NCBI GenBank assembly: GCA_965198115.1
Contig: OZ240241.1
Coordinates: 7,040,001 to 7,104,000, forward strand
Source of the DNA: Candidatus Latescibacterota bacterium
Lineage (GTDB): Bacteria; Latescibacterota; UBA2968
Length of the DNA: 64,000 bases
Reading direction: 5' to 3'
The notes under the pieces were generated by a model. That model was not told where the DNA came from. It worked only from the letters and a program-made list of their open reading frames with translations, and searched no databases. Made by a program: the position numbers and the translations under genes. Positions 1-9,467 of the stretch are shown here, one piece after another. Positions within the stretch are counted from its first letter, which is position 1. Every line of letters begins with the position of its first letter.

Positions 1-183
1 ATCAGCCACGATCGCTGGTTCCTCGATCGGGTCGCGACCCACATTCTGGCGTTCGAAGGAGATAGCAACGTCGTTTTCTTCGATGGGAACTATACGCAGT
101 ATGAGGAAGATCGACGTGCGAGGTTGGGCGAGGAGGCGGACCAGCCGCACCGGATCAAATATCGGAGGCTGACGAGGGACTGA
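1..183 (+). CDS. ettA: 3' end of ABC-F ATPase EttA (partial)
   Basis: Frame 1 reads ISHDRWFLDRVATHILAFEGDSNVVFFDGNYTQYEEDRRARLGEEADQPHRIKYRRLTRD*, the typical EttA C-terminus. Confidence 0.9.
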   Translation: MSHDRWFLDRVATHILAFEGDSNVVFFDGNYTQYEEDRRARLGEEADQPHRIKYRRLTRD

Positions 184-192
184 GGGGAAGAG

Positions 193-232
193 CCCTTCGA
201 TACGCCTGCTGCGCAGGCTACTCAGGACAAGC
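193..232. repeat. REP-like element (ccttcga...ctactcagga family)
   Basis: cccttcgatac-[gcctgctgcgcagg]-ctactcaggacaagc; relatives at 23701, 26442, 34319, 37840, 37931, 53343. Confidence 0.8.
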
Positions 233-384
233 GGGAGATGGGGGTGGCGACGACGGCCTTGCGCGATCGGGGTTGCCAGTCCTGCGTAAGCTCTGGTCCC
301 ACTCCCATTGAAACGAGTGGCCCTGGGATCACAGCTTGATTCCACACGGATTCCGGGCATCGTGGAACCGCTCTGATGACTCCC

Positions 385-744
385 CTACCCAATCAACTGC
401 TTGACCTCGTCGCGGAACCGGTGGACAAGCTGCAGAACCGTAGCGTCGTCCATACCGACGTAATCGTGAACGGAAAGGTTCCGTGCGTTGAGGAACTGGT
501 TCCACGATTCGAGGTCGTCGATTCTCTTGAGCTGGGCGGCAAATCTCAGCGTGTCCCGAGGACTGTAGGCCTCGAGCCCTGCGTGGTCCACCTCGCGTTT
601 GAGATATTTCCAGACGTACTCGAATGTGCTCTCGAAAGCCTTGGCAAGGGCGGCCCTGCGAAGAGGACTCTCAGGGTCGGCATCGCACTCCGACAATGCC
701 GCCTCCAGTAGCTTGAAAGCGCTCAGCAGCCTTTCGTCATTCAT
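385..744 (-). CDS. HEPN-domain protein (HI0074/NTase substrate-binding type), putative RNase toxin
   Basis: 119 aa helical protein, FExTFEYVWK and RNLSVHDY (Rx4H) motif; overlaps the upstream MNT gene by 8 nt. Confidence 0.85.
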   Translation of the reverse strand: MNDERLLSAFKLLEAALSECDADPESPLRRAALAKAFESTFEYVWKYLKREVDHAGLEAYSPRDTLRFAAQLKRIDDLESWNQFLNARNLSVHDYVGMDDATVLQLVHRFRDEVKQLIG

Positions 745-1318
745 ACAACCGCATCCCCGCTTTTCGCAGAAGGCCGCACCACGCTGCGTACGAGCCTGCT
801 AAAAACGTCAAGTCATCGGCTGCTGCGTGAACGAATGACGCATCCGCGCGCCCAAGATCGACCAGCTGCGCCGCCACGATCGAATCGTCATTCCAGTCGG
901 CAGCAATGTCGAGAAGACGCGAATAGATCGCGAACTCCATCCCCTCTATATGATAAACACCGATGTCATAGTCGGAGTATGGCTTTGCAGTGCCACGGGC
1001 GCGCGAACCGAATAGAACGAACGCCGCCCCCGGAACCGCTACGTGCAGGTCTTCGATCAGGTCTGTTAGGGAGAGACCGGGCACAGACTTGTGGCGCAAA
1101 GAAAGCGAAAGGACGTCCGCCGGTGTGAGATCGAGTGCATTGAGGATTCTGCCGAGAGCCGTTGGCAAGCCGGTCTTCCCGGCCAGATAGTTCCCCACGG
1201 TGTTCCGGTGAAGGCCAAGGGAGTCGGCGAAATTCTTCACAGAGCCGAAACCGTGTGCGTGGATTGCCTGCTCTATTCGGTTGGCATCCAAGATGAGCCT
1301 GGGAGATATAGATTCCAC
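737..1318 (-). CDS. XRE-like HTH + minimal nucleotidyltransferase (MNT) fusion, putative antitoxin
   Basis: N-terminal HTH (FADSLGLHRNTVGNYLAG); C-terminal LFGSRARG...SDYDIG polymerase-beta motif. Confidence 0.85.
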   Translation of the reverse strand: MESISPRLILDANRIEQAIHAHGFGSVKNFADSLGLHRNTVGNYLAGKTGLPTALGRILNALDLTPADVLSLSLRHKSVPGLSLTDLIEDLHVAVPGAAFVLFGSRARGTAKPYSDYDIGVYHIEGMEFAIYSRLLDIAADWNDDSIVAAQLVDLGRADASFVHAAADDLTFLAGSYAAWCGLLRKAGMRLYE

Positions 1319-1326
1319 GTGCGAAT

Positions 1327-1355
1327 AGTATAAATAGGCATATGCATATTGTCAA
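1327..1355 (-). promoter_or_regulatory. sigma70 promoter for MNT-HEPN, probably leaderless
   Basis: Minus strand TTGACA-17 nt-TATACT, 8 nt before the GTG; palindrome atatgcatat in the spacer. Confidence 0.75.
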
Positions 1356-1425
1356 TGTGCATAGCCGATACACAGATGGTCCCCCTGGTGGCCTGTGGTT
1401 TCATCTCCAAATGTATGAGGACTGC

Positions 1426-1460
1426 TTGACACGAGATTCGTGTAGCACTAAATTCGTGTT
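1426..1460 (+). promoter_or_regulatory. sigma70 promoter with putative operator for vapBC, probably leaderless
   Basis: TTGACA-17 nt-TAAATT, 6 nt before the ATG; palindrome acacga-gat-tcgtgt and repeated attcgtgt. Confidence 0.75.
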
Positions 1461-1700
1461 ATGAAGAACGTTACGATAACGCTGGAAGAGAATGTCGCCC
1501 GCTGGGTGCGGGTGTGGGCTGCGGAACACGATACCAGTGTGTCACGCTTTCTCGGCGATCTGCTGAAAAAAAGGATGCAGGACGAGCTCGAATATCAAGA
1601 CGCCCAAAGGAGATATGTGGAGCGAGAAGCAACCGTCTTGAAGGATTCTGGCCACTACCCCCGGCGGGACGATCTGCATGAGCGAAATCTGCTTCGCTGA
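1461..1700 (+). CDS. RHH/CopG-like VapB-type antitoxin
   Basis: 79 aa, MKNVTITLEE...TSVSRF..., C-terminal RDDLHER; overlaps the PIN gene. Confidence 0.8.
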   Translation: MKNVTITLEENVARWVRVWAAEHDTSVSRFLGDLLKKRMQDELEYQDAQRRYVEREATVLKDSGHYPRRDDLHERNLLR

Positions 1701-2127
1701 CACAAACCTTTTCGTTTATGCGCGTGATCGTTCGGAGGAGCAGAAGCAGCCTAAGGCCCGGGAATGGATGTTCCGGCTATGGGAGGGTCGCTGCGGTCGC
1801 ACGGGGGTTCAGGCTCTGAGTGAGTATTTCGTGACCGTCACACGAAAACTCAACCCAGGGTTGAGCGAAGACACCGCCTGGATGGATGTCGAGGATTTGC
1901 TGTCGTGGGATCCGATTCCGGTTGATGCAGGAGTGCTCAGGCGGGCGAGGGGTATCGTCATCGCGAACTCTATCTCCTGGTGGGACGCTCAGATTGTTGC
2001 CGCGGCCCAGATGAGTGGCTCTGATTTTCTGCTCACTGAGGATCTACAGGATGGACAGGATCTGAACGGACTGACCATCGTCAATCCGTTTCGCCACTCG
2101 CCGGACGATGTGCTTTCCTCGGCGTAA
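1678..2127 (+). CDS. PIN-domain VapC-type toxin
   Basis: FADTNLFVYA, QALSE, SWWDAQIVAAA, LLTEDLQ motifs. Confidence 0.9.
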   Translation: MSEICFADTNLFVYARDRSEEQKQPKAREWMFRLWEGRCGRTGVQALSEYFVTVTRKLNPGLSEDTAWMDVEDLLSWDPIPVDAGVLRRARGIVIANSISWWDAQIVAAAQMSGSDFLLTEDLQDGQDLNGLTIVNPFRHSPDDVLSSA

Positions 2128-2266
2128 CCCATGAATAGGTGTGCTCTATGGCTTGTCCCAAAAGGACGGGTAAGACACGCTTGCTGTTGTTCGAAATGGA
2201 CAGACTTCGAAAGCAGGTGAAGGGCACGGATTTGGCACGCCACTGGGGTTGTGTTACCTTTAGCCC

Positions 2267-3106
2267 GTGACGAGTGATTTCGACATCAAGCCCACGGATG
2301 GCCCACTGGGCGCCTACATCGAGCGTTGGAGTGCGGGTAAGGAGCTCGATGCCGAGGGCGTCAAGACGTTGCGGGAGGCTCTCTGGACCCACGGTGTCCT
2401 CATTCTGAGAGATAAAAAGCTGACGGAGGCGGAGCAGGTCGCCTTCAGCAGGATGTTCTGCGATCCCATCCCCCATCCCATCAATCAGAGCCACGTCGGA
2501 TCCCTTCCCGAAATCACGCTGATCTCCAACGTCAAAAAAGATGGCCGAGTCAATGAAGCGCTCGGCCAGAGCGAGGTCCACTTTCACTCCGACCTGACTT
2601 TTCTACACGAGGTGGGGACGGTTTCGACGCTCTTTTCTGTGGAGACGCCGGTCGTGGGGGGCGAAACCTCGTGGTCGAGCGGCTACGCGGCCTACGATGC
2701 ACTCGATGAAGAGGAGCTCGGCCGCCTGGAGAAGGTGAAAATTGTTTACACACACGCGCTCGAGTCGTATCGCCCCGAGGAGCCGGCTGTCCATCCGCTT
2801 GTTCTGGATCATCCCGAGTCAGGACGCCGAACACTCTACTTCAGCGCGAGTCACGTCGCACGAGTAGCGGATGTAGCAGAAGAGGACAGTCGCGAGATCA
2901 TCGAGCAACTCGTTGCCCACACAGCCGATGAACGGTTTACGTGGACGCACGCGTGGTGGCCGGGTGATTTGGCTGTTTGGGACAATCGATGTGCTCAGCA
3001 TCGTCGGAATGAATTCGATCCAAAAGCTCGCCGGATCATGCGGCGAACACAGGCGGTTGGTTCACTCACAGAATCATCTGCCGCCATACAGAGGGAGGAA
3101 TCATGA
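2267..3106 (+). CDS. TauD/TfdA family 2OG-Fe(II) dioxygenase
   Basis: FHSD, GGET, HPLV..HPESGR, WDNRCAQHRR motifs. Confidence 0.9.
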   Translation: MTSDFDIKPTDGPLGAYIERWSAGKELDAEGVKTLREALWTHGVLILRDKKLTEAEQVAFSRMFCDPIPHPINQSHVGSLPEITLISNVKKDGRVNEALGQSEVHFHSDLTFLHEVGTVSTLFSVETPVVGGETSWSSGYAAYDALDEEELGRLEKVKIVYTHALESYRPEEPAVHPLVLDHPESGRRTLYFSASHVARVADVAEEDSREIIEQLVAHTADERFTWTHAWWPGDLAVWDNRCAQHRRNEFDPKARRIMRRTQAVGSLTESSAAIQREES

Positions 3107-3507
3107 GCCAGATGCCGATCGACAATATGCAGGTCGATGCGGATAATCTTTATCGTGAAGAAGCGATTACAGACTTGAAGGTGGCTTCGATCCGTCGTCT
3201 GATTCCGATCAAGGCTGACGGGTCGGATGACCCGTCACGGAAGACCATTTTCACTGGACAGGCGCACATTATGTCGCAGATGGGTCCCGTTCCAGTCAGT
3301 GCAGAAATCGATGCCGACTCGCTGGAGGAGGCGCTGCAGAAGTTCCCCGAGGCGATCAGAGCCGGCATCGAGCGAATGGTCGACGAGGCGAAGGAGATAC
3401 AGCGCCAGGAATCATCGCGAATCGTCGTTCCGAAGGGCGCGCCGCCGAACCTGACGGGTGGAGGGGGAGCTGCGCCGGGTGGAGGAAACATCATTCTGGG
3501 AAGCTAG
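3103..3507 (+). CDS. Conserved hypothetical cytoplasmic protein
   Basis: ATGA overlap with tauD, RBS gggagga; LYREE..TDLKVASIRRLIP..QESSRIVVP. Confidence 0.75.
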   Translation: MSQMPIDNMQVDADNLYREEAITDLKVASIRRLIPIKADGSDDPSRKTIFTGQAHIMSQMGPVPVSAEIDADSLEEALQKFPEAIRAGIERMVDEAKEIQRQESSRIVVPKGAPPNLTGGGGAAPGGGNIILGS

Positions 3508-3574
3508 ACCGGTAGACGGTTGACGGTTCTGTTGCCGGCCGCAAGCGCAGCGGCATTGGGTGTGTGAATCCTTG

Positions 3575-3603
3575 CCGGTGGGAGCGGCCTCCCGGCCGCG
3601 AAC
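3575..3603. repeat. REP-like palindrome (cggtgggagcgg...ccgcgaac family)
   Basis: Relatives at 31650-31688 (reverse), 48236-48264, 53325-53379. Confidence 0.75.
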
Positions 3604-3728
3604 CGTGCGAGAAGACAGAACACAGACGACAGCGCCAGAGTCTTCCCGAACACTGCCTGCCCTGAATAGCGGCCGCAGGCCGCGTATCGTAGGGAACACC
3701 GAACACTTTTTCACTGGGCTTTCACAAA

Positions 3729-5102
3729 TTGGCTGACACATTCGACTATGATGTAATTGTCATCGGTTCGGGCCCGGGCGGCGAAGGCGCTGCGATGAAG
3801 TGCACCAAGTCGGGCAAGAACGTGGCGGTGGTCGAGGAGAATCCTCTCGTCGGTGGAAACTGTACTCATCGCGCGACGATTCCGAGCAAGTCGTTGCGGC
3901 AGACGATTCAGGTGATGGCCGACCACGGGGACTACGGCGAGATCGATTTTCAGCAGATGTTGCGTTCCGCCGAGTCCGTGATCGATCAGCAGGTCGAGCT
4001 TCGACAGGGCCACTACGAACGAAATGACCTGGATGTGATCGGCGGTCGCGCACGGTTCACGGACCCGCACACGATCGAAGTGACGCAAACGGCGGGGGGC
4101 ACGGAGACTTACTCAGCCGGAGCTTTCATTCTCGCGACAGGATCCAGACCTTACCACCCGCCGGACGTCGATTTCGGCAATCCTCGAATCGTGGACAGCG
4201 ATTCCATTCTAAAGCTTCAGGAGAATCCCAAGTCATTAACGATCTACGGGGCGGGCGTGATCGGCTGTGAATATGCGTCGATTTTTCGCGGGCTTCGGAT
4301 CAAGGTCAATCTGATCAACAGTCGCGACCATCTGCTCACGTTTCTGGACGATGAGATTATCGACGCGCTGGCCTACCATTTGCGCGATCAGGGTGTCGTC
4401 ATCCGTCACAGCGAAGAGTACGATCGGGTCGAGGCAACCGGGGACGAGGTGTGTGTCTATCTCAAATCGAACAAGGTCATTCGCAGCGACATCCTGTTGT
4501 GGGCCCAGGGACGGACGGGGAATTCCGACGGCATCGGGCTGGACACAATCGGAGTTGGAATGGACGAGCGGGGCTCGATCGTCGTGGACGAGAACTACCA
4601 GACTGCGCAGTCCCACATCTACGCCGTCGGGGATGTGGTTGGATACCCCAGTCTTGCGAGCGCGGCTTACGATCAGGGTCGATTCGCAGCGACGCACATC
4701 GTAGAGGGTGTCAGCGAGACCGGTCTCCTCGAGCATATGCCGACGGGTATCTTTACGATTCCCGAGATCAGCTCAGTGGGATTGAACGAGAAGGAGCTGA
4801 CGGAAAACAAAGTGCCGTATGAAGTCGGGCACGCCTTTTTCCGCAATATGGCACGCGCTCAGATCACAGGTCGAAAGACGGGAATGCTGAAGATCCTGTT
4901 CAACCGGGAAACGCTGGAGATCCTGGGCATCCATTGTTTCGGCTACCAGGCTTCGGAAATCATCCACATCGGGCAAGCGATCCTCGCGCAGGAAGGCGAA
5001 GCGAACACGTTGATGTACTTCATCAACACGACCTTCAATTACCCGACGATGGCCGAGGCGTATCGCGTGGCGGCGTTGAATGGGCTTAATCGAGTGACCT
5101 GA
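3729..5102 (+). CDS. sthA: Soluble pyridine nucleotide transhydrogenase
   Basis: [24 protein letters not shown]-terminal [23 protein letters not shown]. Confidence 0.93.
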   Translation: MADTFDYDVIVIGSGPGGEGAAMKCTKSGKNVAVVEENPLVGGNCTHRATIPSKSLRQTIQVMADHGDYGEIDFQQMLRSAESVIDQQVELRQGHYERNDLDVIGGRARFTDPHTIEVTQTAGGTETYSAGAFILATGSRPYHPPDVDFGNPRIVDSDSILKLQENPKSLTIYGAGVIGCEYASIFRGLRIKVNLINSRDHLLTFLDDEIIDALAYHLRDQGVVIRHSEEYDRVEATGDEVCVYLKSNKVIRSDILLWAQGRTGNSDGIGLDTIGVGMDERGSIVVDENYQTAQSHIYAVGDVVGYPSLASAAYDQGRFAATHIVEGVSETGLLEHMPTGIFTIPEISSVGLNEKELTENKVPYEVGHAFFRNMARAQITGRKTGMLKILFNRETLEILGIHCFGYQASEIIHIGQAILAQEGEANTLMYFINTTFNYPTMAEAYRVAALNGLNRVT

Positions 5103-5314
5103 AAAGCAGAAGAAACCACTGAGAACACAGAGCACACGGAGGGGAAGAACCTCACAACATCGAGGCCCTATTCGGGGAGAGACATCGAATGAGAACCGAG
5201 CCTAGGATACACACGGCATTCAGTGATGATTGGTAGCCCGCTTTAGCGGGTTAGCTGTTTCGCGCGGGGCTTCAGCCCGCGTGTTTTTCCTGAACACCGA
5301 ACACTGGTTTCTCC

Positions 5315-6097
5315 CTATATCTTCCCCTTACTGGCCAGATCATCGGCCAGCCTTTTTCTGTACGCCTCGACCGCTTCTCGATTCTCTTTCGCTTCGGCAG
5401 AGAGGTAGACGAAGCCGATGGCCGGGCGGTCTTTGGATTCGCTCGTGTTCCCATCGGCGCGGTGAACGGTGACGGCGTGGTGGACGGAGAGGTCTCCCGG
5501 TTCGGCCGTGAAGACGACCTCGTTCGCGAGGTCGTCGGGTTGCCCAAAGTCGGTAATGCCCTGGGAAAACCCGAGGGTCTGCGTTCGTGCGTGGGGACGC
5601 AGGCCCTTTCTGTGTGAACCCCGGATGTAGCGCAGGCAACCGTTGTCCTCGTCTGCGTGGCCGAGAGAGAACCAGGCCGTCAATCCCACGCACGGTGTGA
5701 CGTTGAAGTAATAGCCGTCCTGATGAGGAGGTGTTGGAAGACCTATGCGTGGGGGTTTTCTGAGGTATTGGACGTTTCGCCCGACGACGGGGCCGTCGAG
5801 CAGTACCTTTGACAACCGTTCGAAGCGGCTTTCGAACATCAGATCCTTGAAGTAGGAATCGTGTTCCTCCATGCGGGGCAGCTGCTTCAGGGATTGGGGA
5901 TCGTCCCTGTTCTCGTAGAAGACGTGCTCACGAGGTAGGTCCGGGACTATTTCGTCGATGTAACGTGCGACGTTCTGCTGGACGTCGACCGTCTCCTCGG
6001 CATTCAAGAATCCTCGAAGGACGGCGTAACCATCCTGGTCGAACGAGTTCTTCGCATCGCTGAAATCTTCCACGGTTACATCCTCACGTGAGTCCAT
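5315..6097 (-). CDS. Phytanoyl-CoA dioxygenase (PhyH) family 2OG-Fe(II) oxygenase
   Basis: KPP..TPPHQD, NGCLRYIRGSH, HH...VHRA..N motifs; overlaps phnA. Confidence 0.88.
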   Translation of the reverse strand: MDSREDVTVEDFSDAKNSFDQDGYAVLRGFLNAEETVDVQQNVARYIDEIVPDLPREHVFYENRDDPQSLKQLPRMEEHDSYFKDLMFESRFERLSKVLLDGPVVGRNVQYLRKPPRIGLPTPPHQDGYYFNVTPCVGLTAWFSLGHADEDNGCLRYIRGSHRKGLRPHARTQTLGFSQGITDFGQPDDLANEVVFTAEPGDLSVHHAVTVHRADGNTSESKDRPAIGFVYLSAEAKENREAVEAYRKRLADDLASKGKI

Positions 6098-7319
6098 TAC
6101 AGATCAGGTCGAATACGTCGAAATTTCTGAGGTCTGCTCTTGTTCTTTGCGTGTACGCTGGCGAAAGAGGTGCGGACAGGATCATGGGGACCATTTCCTC
6201 GTAGCGGCCGCCGTGGGAGCGCAGCGCACCTTCGAGTACGGAAAGGTCGTGATGTTCGGGCGTTTTTCCAATGACGACATCCCTGCCCGACAAGGCTACG
6301 AGCTCGCCGATTCGGTCGCCTGGCAACTCGAGCAATCGCATCGCCGCTGCCCGATCGTGAACTTCGGTGATGCCTTCGAGTTCGGCAATGTATGAGCCCA
6401 CGGCGGACGCATCGTGCTCGGGAGAGAGATGAATGGTGGCGAAGGATCCGAGCGCGCCGTGGTGCACGACGTAGGGATCGGTAATGGGGAGCAGGACGTT
6501 GATGTCCCCGTGGAACTTCGCGCTGAGCTCCGACTCGAGGTAAATGACGTTGGGTGAGCCATCGGGACGTTGCTTTGCGTTCATGCCGTGATCGGCGGTG
6601 ATGGCGATGGTCGCACCGGTTGATCTGATTCTGCCGATTTGTTCGTCGATCCGGGCGTAGAAGTCGAGGGCTCCGGCCTCGTCGTGGGCGAAGCTATGCT
6701 GGATGTAGTCGGTCGTCGACAGATAGAGGAAGTCAGCGAAATCGTTCTCGAGCAGAGCGACGCCAGCTTTCAGCACGTAAATGCTGGCATCGCCGCTGTA
6801 GATGCCGGGTCCGGGTTCCCCGACGAGTGTCTCGGCCGTATCGAACCCGTGCTGGGTGAGATCGATCTCAGAGGCTTTCTCGACAGAGATGGTGATCCCG
6901 TCGAGATCCGATGAGAGAATATCCCTCAGTTTGTCCTTGGCTGTGACCATTCCGACCCGTCGTCCCGCACGAGCGGCGCCGGCCAGGATCGTCGGACAGC
7001 GCAAATAGGAGGCATCGTTCATCATGACCTCCTGGCCCGATTCGGGATCGAGAAAATAGTTGCCCGATATGCCCGTGATGGACGGCGGGGCACCGGTGAC
7101 AATAGCAGCGTTGTTGACGTTCGTGAAAGAGGGCAGCGCCCCCCGGGCGAGTCCACGATAGCCTGCTCGGACGACGACGCGAAGATGAGGCATGAGGTTT
7201 CGATCGAGCGCGGCATCGAAGTATTCGTCCGCGGATCCGTCGAGGCAGATGACGACGAGAGGGCGATCGGGAGGATCGTAAGTACGGTCGTTGACGGTAA
7301 ACGGCACGGTCAGAGACAC
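6084..7319 (-). CDS. phnA: Phosphonoacetate hydrolase
   Basis: ICLDG, PSFTNVNN, STTDYIQH, ADHGMNAK, LPITDPYVVHHGALGS, LRSHGG motifs. Confidence 0.92.
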   Translation of the reverse strand: MSLTVPFTVNDRTYDPPDRPLVVICLDGSADEYFDAALDRNLMPHLRVVVRAGYRGLARGALPSFTNVNNAAIVTGAPPSITGISGNYFLDPESGQEVMMNDASYLRCPTILAGAARAGRRVGMVTAKDKLRDILSSDLDGITISVEKASEIDLTQHGFDTAETLVGEPGPGIYSGDASIYVLKAGVALLENDFADFLYLSTTDYIQHSFAHDEAGALDFYARIDEQIGRIRSTGATIAITADHGMNAKQRPDGSPNVIYLESELSAKFHGDINVLLPITDPYVVHHGALGSFATIHLSPEHDASAVGSYIAELEGITEVHDRAAAMRLLELPGDRIGELVALSGRDVVIGKTPEHHDLSVLEGALRSHGGRYEEMVPMILSAPLSPAYTQRTRADLRNFDVFDLICNGLT

Positions 7320-8452
7320 TCGATGAGAAGTTGGCGGAGCGACGCGGCGGTTACTCGGCGCGGGTTGTTGGCTAGGCGATCGACGTTGACGCTCTCCGCG
7401 AGGACCGAGACGTCGTCCATTCTGACACCGACATCCGACAACCGGCTGGGGCAGTCGATCGAACGCAGCAATACATCGAAGCGGTCGGCGGCTTCGGCGC
7501 TCGAGTTCGCGCCGATAGCTTGAAAAATCTCGCCAAGGGTCGTCCGGACCCGATCCTGTCCACGAGGATCCTGACAGTCGGAGTCGGTCACCGAGTCATT
7601 ATACCGCAGCCAGGCACCGAGCGTCAAAGCGACCGCGAGGCCGTGAGGTACGCCAAAGTCGGACGTGAGTTTATATGAGACGGCGTGGGCGCCCGTCGTA
7701 AAGCTGATGTCGATCGCCTTTCCGGCCAGGTGCGCCGCTTCAGCCATGGCCGAACGCGCTTCCGGCGTCGGGTCGTTAACGGCGGTTTGGATGTTGGATG
7801 CCGCCAGCGAAAGCGCTTTGGAAGCCAACCGACGTGATTCGTCGGTCGACTGGATGCTCCAGAGTGACTCGATGGCCTGACAGAGGGCGTCGAGGCCGGT
7901 GTGTGCTGTGATGGATTGCGGGAGGGCGTGTGTGAGACTGGGGTCCACGATCGCCACGTCTGGCCTGACTGAAGGGTGGACGACCGAGTACTTGATGCCG
8001 TCAACATAGACGACCGCGAAGTGGGTGGCTTCGCTCCCCGTGCCGGCAGTCGTAGGGACGGCGACAAGTGAGGGTCGTTTTGGGCCAATGCGGTCGGTGT
8101 AGAGAACGATCTCGCGACAGGTCCGATCGGTCGAGGTTGTGACGGCGATGAGCTTGGCGATATCGATGGCAGTGCCGCCCCCGATGGCAACGATGACGTC
8201 ACACGCGTGTTCGCGATACAGAGCACAGCCACGCTCGGCGGCTTCGATCGACGGGTTGGGGTCGAATTCACTGAAGCGAACGACACGCCTCGACGAAAGC
8301 GCGGGGTCGACAAGTCCTGACGCACCCGACTCCCTGTAGGCTCTTTCATCGACGACGAGGAAGACGCTGCCGCAATCCGATAACACGTCGGATAGAGCGG
8401 CGAGCGAACCAGGTCCTATGATTTCCTTCTGTTGCGATCGTGTGAGAATCAC
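7310..8452 (-). CDS. Fe-containing alcohol dehydrogenase, phosphonoacetaldehyde reductase/HEP dehydrogenase-like
   Basis: GGGTAIDIAK, PTTAGTGSEATHFAVVY, DALCQAIESLWS, TTGAHAVSY, VPHG, RLANNP. Confidence 0.85.
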   Translation of the reverse strand: MILTRSQQKEIIGPGSLAALSDVLSDCGSVFLVVDERAYRESGASGLVDPALSSRRVVRFSEFDPNPSIEAAERGCALYREHACDVIVAIGGGTAIDIAKLIAVTTSTDRTCREIVLYTDRIGPKRPSLVAVPTTAGTGSEATHFAVVYVDGIKYSVVHPSVRPDVAIVDPSLTHALPQSITAHTGLDALCQAIESLWSIQSTDESRRLASKALSLAASNIQTAVNDPTPEARSAMAEAAHLAGKAIDISFTTGAHAVSYKLTSDFGVPHGLAVALTLGAWLRYNDSVTDSDCQDPRGQDRVRTTLGEIFQAIGANSSAEAADRFDVLLRSIDCPSRLSDVGVRMDDVSVLAESVNVDRLANNPRRVTAASLRQLLIECL

Positions 8453-8517
8453 GGTGGGACTGGCCTCCCGGCCAGGAACTCCGTCAGAAAGGATTGTGCC
8501 CGTTTCGTAGCATACGG

Positions 8518-9396
8518 TCAGAACAGGTCAAGCTGCCTGGCTTGTTTCGTTTCGATCGGCCACGCGGGCAACTCGCCGACGTCGACGAGCGCAGACAGCC
8601 GATCGTGGAAGAACCGTGCGAGATGGGGCGCGTAGACGTCGGACGGTGGGTGGTGGGCGAAGAAGTAGGGCTCTCGACCTTCCCGTATCCAGCCCGCGAC
8701 AACCCGTGCCCACCGTTCGAGATGGATTTCGTTGTCCGTCGGATCCGGGGGCCCGACGAACCGGACGAACGGATGCCGGCCGAGCGCGTAGTCGCGGTAG
8801 GGCACGGGCGGTTTGTTTCGTTGCGACTCGATGATCTCGGGGTCGTTCGTCTGGAGTTGGAGGAGAGCCCGAGTGTGAAAATGAATGCGGTCGGCGCCAC
8901 AATCCGCGAGTAGTCGGTTGGCCGGTTCCTCGAGTTCACCGAAGAAGGCTGAATGCCTGAATTCGACCGCAAACCGGTAATGACCAGGCATCTGGCCGAG
9001 GAAGGTACCGAGGGCATCGAGGAGAGGCGGGCCGAACGAGGGCGGCAGGCCAATGAAAAAGGGCCCGAGCCGATCTGCAATCGGCCTCAGCAGTTCCACG
9101 AATGACAGCGCTTCGTCCTGAACGTCGACGAGTTTCCTTTCGTGTGTGACGGTTCTGGGAAACTTGAAGCAGAAACGAAAACCATCGGGCGTGTGTTCCG
9201 CCCATCGAGCGACGGTTTCGGGTTTGGGAGCCGCGTAGAACGTGGTGTTGCCTTCGACACTGTTAAATACGTGGGAATACTCAGAGAGGAAGTCACCGGC
9301 TGGAGTTCTATCCGCATAGAACTCGCCCAACCACGGTTTGTGCGTCCACATTGGGAGACCGAGGTAGTAGCCTTTGATCATTGGGACATTGAACAT
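8518..9396 (-). CDS. DUF72 (YecE-like) protein
   Basis: GLPMW, VEGNTTFYA, FKFPRTVTH, AVEFRH; exact start uncertain because it lies in a heptamer repeat. Confidence 0.88.
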   Translation of the reverse strand: MFNVPMIKGYYLGLPMWTHKPWLGEFYADRTPAGDFLSEYSHVFNSVEGNTTFYAAPKPETVARWAEHTPDGFRFCFKFPRTVTHERKLVDVQDEALSFVELLRPIADRLGPFFIGLPPSFGPPLLDALGTFLGQMPGHYRFAVEFRHSAFFGELEEPANRLLADCGADRIHFHTRALLQLQTNDPEIIESQRNKPPVPYRDYALGRHPFVRFVGPPDPTDNEIHLERWARVVAGWIREGREPYFFAHHPPSDVYAPHLARFFHDRLSALVDVGELPAWPIETKQARQLDLF

Positions 9397-9467
9397 AGAA
9401 CATTGGACTATCGCTTTGCCGTGGGTATTCCGCTGCCCTATGTGTGTGTTCGATGTTCAATCTTCTA

